Assembly (NCBI GenBank): GCA_965365235.1
Contig: CBDUAX010000001.1
Coordinates: forward strand, 1 to 50,042
From: an uncultured bacterium
GTDB taxonomy: Bacteria > Gemmatimonadota > Gemmatimonadetes > Longimicrobiales > Gaopeijiaceae
Reading direction: 5' to 3'
DNA length: 50,042 bases
How positions within the stretch are numbered: the first letter of the stretch is position 1; the number at the start of each line of letters is the position of its first letter. The notes beneath the pieces were generated by a model. It searched no databases and was not told where the DNA came from. It was given only the letters and a program-made list of their open reading frames with translations. A program made the position numbers and the translations under genes. Positions 44,857 to 50,042 of the stretch are shown one piece after another.

Positions 44857-46212
44857 ATGACCACCCAACCTACGAATTCTTCCCAGACCCGAAGCGAGAA
44901 GGCTGCGGTGCTGAAGTCCATCATCCAGGATCTGCACGACGGTCTCTCTCCCGAGATGGCCAAAGCCCGCTTCGACGAGGCCGTGAAAGACGTTTCCCCT
45001 CAGGAAATAGGAGCGATGGAAGAAGAGCTCATCAGAGAGGGTTTGCCTGTCGGAGAGATTCAGCGCCTTTGTGACTTGCACGTCTCCGTGGTACAGGAAA
45101 GCCTCGAAAGACAGGACCTTCCGGTACCTGAGCCCGGACATCCTGTTCATACCTACCTGGAGGAAAACGAGGTCATTACCCAGGAGGCTAGCCGCCTCGG
45201 GGAGCTTTGTTCTGCGGTGGGTGAGGGAGATCTGCCGGATGAGGCATGGTCGCTGGCGGCGGGACAGATTCTGGAGAGTCTGGCCGGAGTTCACAACCAT
45301 TACCTCCGGAAGGAAAACGAGCTCTTTCCTGTCCTGGAACGTCACGGAATCAAAGGGCCATCCCAGGTAATGTGGGGCGTCCACGACGAAATCCGGAGTC
45401 AGCTGAAGGCCACTCGTGCCGCCCTGGAGGCCCCCTCCCCAGAGGCGCCAAAATTAGGGGCTGGTTTGGCCCGGTCGGTCATCGAGATGGTCTACAAGGA
45501 GAAGAAAATCTTGCTTCCTCTGGCCCTGGAGACACTCTCCCGGCAGGAATGGGCCGAGGTCAGGCGAGGGGAAGATGAGCTTGGGTACGCCTTCTTTTCT
45601 CCACCGGTGCCCTTCAGCGTTGGGCCGGCATCTGCGCCGGCGGACCCCGAGGACAGCTCAGGACCCAGGGTTGTACCAGCAGCCCGCCGGCCGGGCTCAG
45701 ATCTCGGATCGGGGCCAGCGGCACCCAGGCAGGGCTCTGGTCCCGGTTTGGTCCTCCCCATCGTCTCCCCTGAACCAGTGGCACCTCTCCCGGAGAATGC
45801 CGAGGGGTACCTCGACCTGGGAACTGGCCGGCTGAGTCTGGAACAGGTGGACATGATGCTTCGGCACCTTCCGGTGGATCTCTCCTTCGTGGATGCCGAC
45901 GGTTTTGTCCGCTACTACTCTGAAACGGAGGAACGACTTTTTCCCCGAACGCCTGGAGCCATCGGTCGACATGTGACGAATTGCCACCCACCGAAGAGCG
46001 TTCACATGGTAGAGGAGATCCTGCGAGTCTTCGCCGCCGGGGAAAGGGACGTCTCGGAGTTCTGGATCGAGATGGCGGGGAAGTTCATCCACATCCGCTA
46101 CTTCGCGGTCCGGAATCCGGCCGGAGAGTACCTGGGGTGCCTCGAGGTGAGCCAGGACGTGACCGGGATCCGGACGCTGGAGGGAGAACGCCGGTTGCTG
46201 GAGTGGAGCTGA
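44857..46212 (+). CDS. DUF438 - hemerythrin-like - PAS domain protein
   Basis: N-terminal DUF438-like block (LKSIIQDLHDG...EIGAMEEELIREGLP). HHE/hemerythrin-like helices (HPVHTYLEENE, WGVHDEIR). C-terminal PAS (DLSFVDADGFVRYYSE...HVTNCHPPKSVHMVEEIL). The start at 44857 is preferred over 44809 because the operator lies only 16 nt from 44809. Confidence 0.82.
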   Translation: MTTQPTNSSQTRSEKAAVLKSIIQDLHDGLSPEMAKARFDEAVKDVSPQEIGAMEEELIREGLPVGEIQRLCDLHVSVVQESLERQDLPVPEPGHPVHTYLEENEVITQEASRLGELCSAVGEGDLPDEAWSLAAGQILESLAGVHNHYLRKENELFPVLERHGIKGPSQVMWGVHDEIRSQLKATRAALEAPSPEAPKLGAGLARSVIEMVYKEKKILLPLALETLSRQEWAEVRRGEDELGYAFFSPPVPFSVGPASAPADPEDSSGPRVVPAARRPGSDLGSGPAAPRQGSGPGLVLPIVSPEPVAPLPENAEGYLDLGTGRLSLEQVDMMLRHLPVDLSFVDADGFVRYYSETEERLFPRTPGAIGRHVTNCHPPKSVHMVEEILRVFAAGERDVSEFWIEMAGKFIHIRYFAVRNPAGEYLGCLEVSQDVTGIRTLEGERRLLEWS

Positions 46213-46267
46213 TGGGCTTCTCATACGCCGCCCGGTGGAACCCCATGAAGACCGGAAGCTCGTCCGA

Positions 46268-46615
46268 CTAACTCCCGGGTTCTCTGATCATCGTCAGGAG
46301 CATCTTAAAAGGCGTGACGGCAGAGAGGGCGTGAGGGATACTGGCTGGAAGGAGAAGACCCTCCCCGGCCCGTACCCGATGCGGGGTCCCACCAATGGTG
46401 ATCTCGACGGTCCCGTCCAACACCTGTACCACCGCATCATGTGGGGTAGAGTGTTCACTCAGCCCCTCCCCCTCGTCGAAGGCAAAAAGGGTGAGGGTTC
46501 CTGAGGCCTTCTTCAACAGGGTGCGACTGACCACGGCTCCTTCCTGGTAATCCAGGAGCCCCCGCAGGTCCGAGGGGGAATCCAGGGCGGGACCCGAGTT
46601 CTCTTTCTTCGTCAT
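46268..46615 (-). CDS. cupin-domain protein
   Basis: 115 aa with GEGLSEHSTPHDAVVQVLDG...G...IPH, a cupin two-motif pattern. Confidence 0.8.
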   Translation of the reverse strand: MTKKENSGPALDSPSDLRGLLDYQEGAVVSRTLLKKASGTLTLFAFDEGEGLSEHSTPHDAVVQVLDGTVEITIGGTPHRVRAGEGLLLPASIPHALSAVTPFKMLLTMIREPGS

Positions 46616-46701
46616 CTGTGTTCCTTCCTGTCCAGTCCGTCGATGTCCTACTCAGGGGGTCGAAGAAGGGGGCCTGGCAACTCGAGCCCCCCGGGGGCGT
46701 G

Positions 46702-48024
46702 TTATCCGATCCGAAACGCCATCTGGAGCCCGATGATGAGGACCGCGACTCCCACGAAAAGGTATTTGGCCACAGGCTCCCACCACGGGCCCACCGGATT
46801 CTCCGCGCCGGTGTTTACCTCTTCTCGGGCCCGCCGGATCCCCAAGACCCAGAAGAACAGGACCCCGGCCAGTGCCGCGCCTACCGGTACCAGATAGACG
46901 GTGATCAGATCCACGAACGCGTCGAAGCGTGTTTGGTTCAGGGCCAGCGGTAGTCCGCATAGGAAGGCCAGGGATCCAGCCACCAGAACCGAAGTTCGTC
47001 TGGTCCAGGAGAACTGATCCATGAGAGCCTCCACCACCACCTCTTTGATGGCAATAAGAGAGGAGATGGCGGCGAACAGTACGCCCAGGAAGAAGAACAC
47101 GGCCATGATGCGTCCGGCGGGCATATTTGCGAAGACCTCGACCAGCGTGATGAAAAGGAGGGGCGGGCCAGCCGCCGGATCGATCCCATAGGCGAATGTG
47201 GCAGGCACGATGATGAACGCGGCCATCAGCGCCATGGCGGTATCCAGGGTCACGGTGCTCAAGGCCGCGCTGGGGATATCAAAGTCCCGAGTCAGGTAGC
47301 TCCCGTATACCAGCATCCCCGCCCCGGTGAGGGACACAGAGAAAAACGCCTGCCCCAGGGCCATCCCCCAGGTTATGGGTTTGAGTAGATAGGACCAGTC
47401 CGGGACCAGAAGGTATTTCAGGCCCTCCATCGCTCCAGGGAGGGTGAGGGACCGGAAGAGGAGGACCAGGAGGAGAAGAAGGAGCAGGGGCATCAGTAGC
47501 TTCGAAGCGCGCTCGATCCCCTTGGCGATCCCGAAGATCAGGATTCCTCCGGTGCACGCGATGGCCAGCGCCTGCCAGAACACACTCTTGGGTTGACCGG
47601 CCAGGGCATAAAAAGCCGAACTGGGATCCGTCCCCATGTCGAGGTTCCCGGTAATGGCTGCGCCCGTATATCGCAGAACCCATCCGGTGACGATGCCGTA
47701 GAAGATGAGGGTGCCGAGAAGGGTAAGCACAGGGTAGGCCCCCAGCGCCCGACCGTAGGGGAGCCCCCGGTCCTCCATCAGTTTTTCGTAGGCTCCCATG
47801 GCCCCTCTCCGCGCCCACCTCCCGAATGCGAACTCCCCCATCAATCCTGTGGTTCCCAGGACGTAGACGAACACCAGATAGGGAATCAGAAAAGCTGCCC
47901 CACCGTACTCTCCCAGCCGCCACGGGAACATCCAGAGATTCCCGAGGCCCACAGCCGATCCGGCGCTGGCCAGAATGAACCCCCACCGGGTCTTGAAGGT
48001 GTCTCTCGAGCGGTCCTTTGCCAT
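46702..48024 (-). CDS. sodium-dependent transporter, NSS/SNF family
   Basis: RWGFILASAGSAVGLGNLWMFPWRLGEYGGAAFLIPY signature. About 11-12 TM helices. Confidence 0.9.
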   Translation of the reverse strand: MAKDRSRDTFKTRWGFILASAGSAVGLGNLWMFPWRLGEYGGAAFLIPYLVFVYVLGTTGLMGEFAFGRWARRGAMGAYEKLMEDRGLPYGRALGAYPVLTLLGTLIFYGIVTGWVLRYTGAAITGNLDMGTDPSSAFYALAGQPKSVFWQALAIACTGGILIFGIAKGIERASKLLMPLLLLLLLVLLFRSLTLPGAMEGLKYLLVPDWSYLLKPITWGMALGQAFFSVSLTGAGMLVYGSYLTRDFDIPSAALSTVTLDTAMALMAAFIIVPATFAYGIDPAAGPPLLFITLVEVFANMPAGRIMAVFFFLGVLFAAISSLIAIKEVVVEALMDQFSWTRRTSVLVAGSLAFLCGLPLALNQTRFDAFVDLITVYLVPVGAALAGVLFFWVLGIRRAREEVNTGAENPVGPWWEPVAKYLFVGVAVLIIGLQMAFRIG

Positions 48025-48171
48025 ACGAGCCTGGCTTTCTGACTGTTGGGTTCACGGAATGGGGATCGGCGTGTTTGTTTTCGCTCTGAAGGATAACAGC
48101 CCGGGGTTGGTGGGGATCCCACTCTTTTGGAGACCACGCCCCCTGGGGCCCGCCAGGTTACCTTCTTACTC

Positions 48172-48189
48172 GATCCCGATCCCGATCCC
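48172..48189. repeat. tandem hexamer (GATCCC)x3 in a divergent intergenic region
   Basis: GATCCCGATCCCGATCCC, followed 6 nt later by a degenerate GATCCT. Confidence 0.4.
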
Positions 48190-48247
48190 GGAACCGATCC
48201 TCGGGCCGCAGTTGTCCTGTTCCTGAACCAAAGCCGGAGCAGCCACG

Positions 48248-48688
48248 GTGCGTTTTGAACACCAAGTGACGATCCTACGCCCTCTCCCCGAAGTGTTCTC
48301 TTATATGGACGATGTGACCAGGGAACATGAGTGGCAGCCCGGGATCCTGGAAGCCAGAAAGGACCCACCTGGCGCTACGTCGGTTGGCACACGGAAGCAC
48401 TATGTCAGCCAATTCATGGGAAAGAGGATCGAAAACACATATGTGAACCAGCTCTTCCTGCTCAACGAGCGGGTGGTCTATGAAACCACCCAGGACTCGG
48501 TCCTCAGAGCAAAGGCCGAGATGAGTTGGGTGGAGGTCTCCGGAGGGACCCGCGTGACCATGGTGTTCGAGGGAAAGGTGGGTGGACCCCTTCGCTTCGT
48601 CCCCCGGCGGATGTTGGAGGGAGTGTACCGAAGGGAGCTGGAAACGACACTTGGGCTCCTCAAGGAACGACTGGAATCCGGGGGATAG
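48248..48688 (+). CDS. SRPBCC (polyketide cyclase/START-like) family protein
   Basis: GTG start. 146 aa with a typical SRPBCC N-terminus (FEHQVTILRPLPEVFSYMDDVTREHEWQPG). Confidence 0.75.
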   Translation: MRFEHQVTILRPLPEVFSYMDDVTREHEWQPGILEARKDPPGATSVGTRKHYVSQFMGKRIENTYVNQLFLLNERVVYETTQDSVLRAKAEMSWVEVSGGTRVTMVFEGKVGGPLRFVPRRMLEGVYRRELETTLGLLKERLESGG

Positions 48689-48754
48689 GGCACCGGGAAC
48701 TCCGGCGCGGGCTTTTCCTGGTTAACGGGTTGGGGAGAGTGCCTGATAGGGGCC

Positions 48755-48792
48755 AAAAGAAAGGGGAGAGCTTTCGCTCTCCCCCTCTGCTT
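48755..48792. terminator. bidirectional intrinsic terminator
   Basis: GGGGAGAGC-tttc-GCTCTCCCC (48763-48784). The minus strand continues TTTCTTTTGG, downstream of the OMP gene. The plus strand continues CTCTGCTT, downstream of the SRPBCC gene. Confidence 0.65.
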
Positions 48793-48844
48793 GATGGCCA
48801 CCGCCCGCAGGGCCGTTCCGAATGCCGACCTCGTCCGGTGTTCC

Positions 48845-49375
48845 TCAGTTACCGAACCCGATGGACACGCCGCCGATGAGGCCGATGAAGCTGGTGTTTC
48901 CTCCGTCGAAGTTACCCTGCATGTAGCGGCCTTCCACGAAGAGCTCCGTATCTCCCACGGGGAATCCGTACCCCGCCCCGCCGCCGAACCCGAGGCCGGT
49001 GTCAGAGTCTGAGCCGAACTCATCCGAATCGTACTTATGGACCATAAAACCGACCTGGCCGAAGAGGTAGATTCCGCCAGCCCCCTCCGGTGCCAGGTCA
49101 TAGAGGAGTCCGCCCATGGCGCCGTAGGGGAAGGTCTTGTCCCCGTCGGTCTCGTGGCTGTTCTGGCCATAAAAACCCTCTCCAAAGACCGAGAGGTTCT
49201 CAGCACCAACATCGAAGGAAACCCCGGCGACACCCAGGTATCCGGTCTTGGCGTAATCGCTGTAGTCACCCATAGGGAAAGTGGGGCCGGCCCCGAAGTA
49301 CACGCTTTGGGCGGTTAGCCCCGCGGGTAGGGTCAGGGCAAGAGCCGCAAGAAATGGAAGGACACATCTCCTCAT
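48845..49375 (-). CDS. small outer-membrane beta-barrel protein
   Basis: ATG 49375 follows GGAGG. Signal peptide MRRCVLPFLAALALTLPAGLTAQ. Gly/aromatic-rich beta-strand pattern. Confidence 0.7.
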   Translation of the reverse strand: MRRCVLPFLAALALTLPAGLTAQSVYFGAGPTFPMGDYSDYAKTGYLGVAGVSFDVGAENLSVFGEGFYGQNSHETDGDKTFPYGAMGGLLYDLAPEGAGGIYLFGQVGFMVHKYDSDEFGSDSDTGLGFGGGAGYGFPVGDTELFVEGRYMQGNFDGGNTSFIGLIGGVSIGFGN

Positions 49376-49421
49376 CAAGACCTCCAGGTTTTGAGGGGGC
49401 AGAACAACACCCCCCAGCCGA

Positions 49422-49431
49422 GGGGGGGGGG
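49422..49431. repeat. G10 homopolymer in the OMP/MATE divergent promoter and leader region
   Basis: Ten consecutive G (49422-49431). They are preceded by a C6 run (49410-49415) and a G5 run (49395-49399) that can pair alternatively. Confidence 0.5.
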
Positions 49432-49548
49432 CCAAAAACGGTTTCTATATACGTCTGGGAGTTCCTTGGTGCAAAGGTTTTCTCCACTTTCGGGAGTGGC
49501 CTTTCCTGATCTTCAGAGAGAACGAGATGGATCGATCCGGCGGTGGGG

Positions 49549-50042
49549 ATGGTGAACCTCGAGGTTGACCCGGTAGCCCCGAACCCAGAGTCGGGGCAGG
49601 AAATTGGATCTCCTGAGGATCAGGAACCTGGCATTGGGCGGGTGATCTTGGACGCCGTGCGAGGCCGTGGTGGAGAGCTGACAGAGGGCCCCTTGAATCG
49701 GGCCGTGTTGTTCCTCGCCATCCCTATGGTCCTCGAGATGGCCATGGAGTCGGTATTTGCGGTTGTGGACATCTTCTTCGTGTCCCGCCTGGGCCCTGAA
49801 GCCATGGCCACTGTGGGCCTGACGGAATCCCTCTTGGCCATCATCTACACGCTGGCCATGGGCCTCTCCATCGCGGTCACGGCCACGGTGTCCCGAAGAA
49901 CCGGGGAGCAGGACCCGGAGGCTGCCTCCACGGCAGCGGGCCAGGGCATGGTCCTGGGAGTCATCATCTCGATGGTGTTGGGCGCTCTGGGTGTGTGGTT
50001 CGCGCCTTCCCTCCTCCGCCTCATGGGAGCGGAGGGTCCGGT
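49549..50042 (+). CDS. MATE-family efflux transporter, N-terminal part (runs off the right edge)
   Basis: The frame is open from ATG 49549 to the window end. LNRAVLFLAIPMVLEMAMESVFAVVDIFFVSRLGPEAMATVGL is the characteristic MATE N-terminus. Confidence 0.85.
   Translation, partial: MVNLEVDPVAPNPESGQEIGSPEDQEPGIGRVILDAVRGRGGELTEGPLNRAVLFLAIPMVLEMAMESVFAVVDIFFVSRLGPEAMATVGLTESLLAIIYTLAMGLSIAVTATVSRRTGEQDPEAASTAAGQGMVLGVIISMVLGALGVWFAPSLLRLMGAEGP

Noticed and set aside
46660-46700. GGGGGC...GCCCCCCGGGGGC palindromic GC runs between the SNF transporter and cupin genes as a terminator.
   Set aside because: The stems are short and ambiguous, and no T-tract follows on the relevant (minus) strand.
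48172-48201. (GATCCC)x3 tandem repeat as a possible CRISPR or regulatory array.
   Set aside because: There are only three 6-nt units with no spacers, which is far too short for CRISPR. It is most likely a trivial microsatellite, so it is listed as a low-confidence repeat only.

Overview
High-GC (roughly 60%+) chromosomal segment from a diderm bacterium, given the Omp85-type, porin-type and lipoprotein genes. I call about 40 protein-coding genes. I found no rRNA, tRNA, CRISPR array, transposase or integrase. Left to right: a katG 5' end; a roughly 570-nt gene-poor stretch with a degraded TrkA-C remnant; housekeeping and envelope genes (CNNM/CorC, PgeF, hydrolase, Ppx, M28 peptidase); an orphan four-gene minor-pilin set; and an overlapping minus-strand chain of Ser/Thr kinase, GMC oxidoreductase, RmuC and MFS. 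Two linked nitrogen-oxide respiration loci follow, and they are the most interesting content. Locus 1 (17.2-26.6 kb) holds a NapH-like polyferredoxin and an alginate-export-type porin. These are followed by a tightly coupled six-gene operon: Rieske protein, cytochrome b, a membrane-anchored HAO-family octahaem cytochrome, NapA, a duplicated (tetrahaem) NapB lipoprotein and a small orphan. The operon carries no NapC, NapG, NapD or NapF. Locus 2 (42.4-46.2 kb) holds a CRP-type regulator, a second HAO-like octahaem cytochrome and a DUF438-hemerythrin-PAS protein. Three near-identical CTGTGA-N6-TCACAG boxes sit in front of exactly these units, and the regulator has a CRP-like RE..R recognition helix, which suggests one regulon. 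A second candidate system (33.9-39.5 kb) is an operon of three genes. They encode a class III nucleotidyl cyclase with apparently non-canonical specificity residues (plus TolB-like and TPR regions), an Omp85-barrel protein with an unknown N-terminal domain, and a membrane protein that resembles the PycTM/DUF5706 domain from memory. All family calls come from reading motifs by eye. No database search was run.
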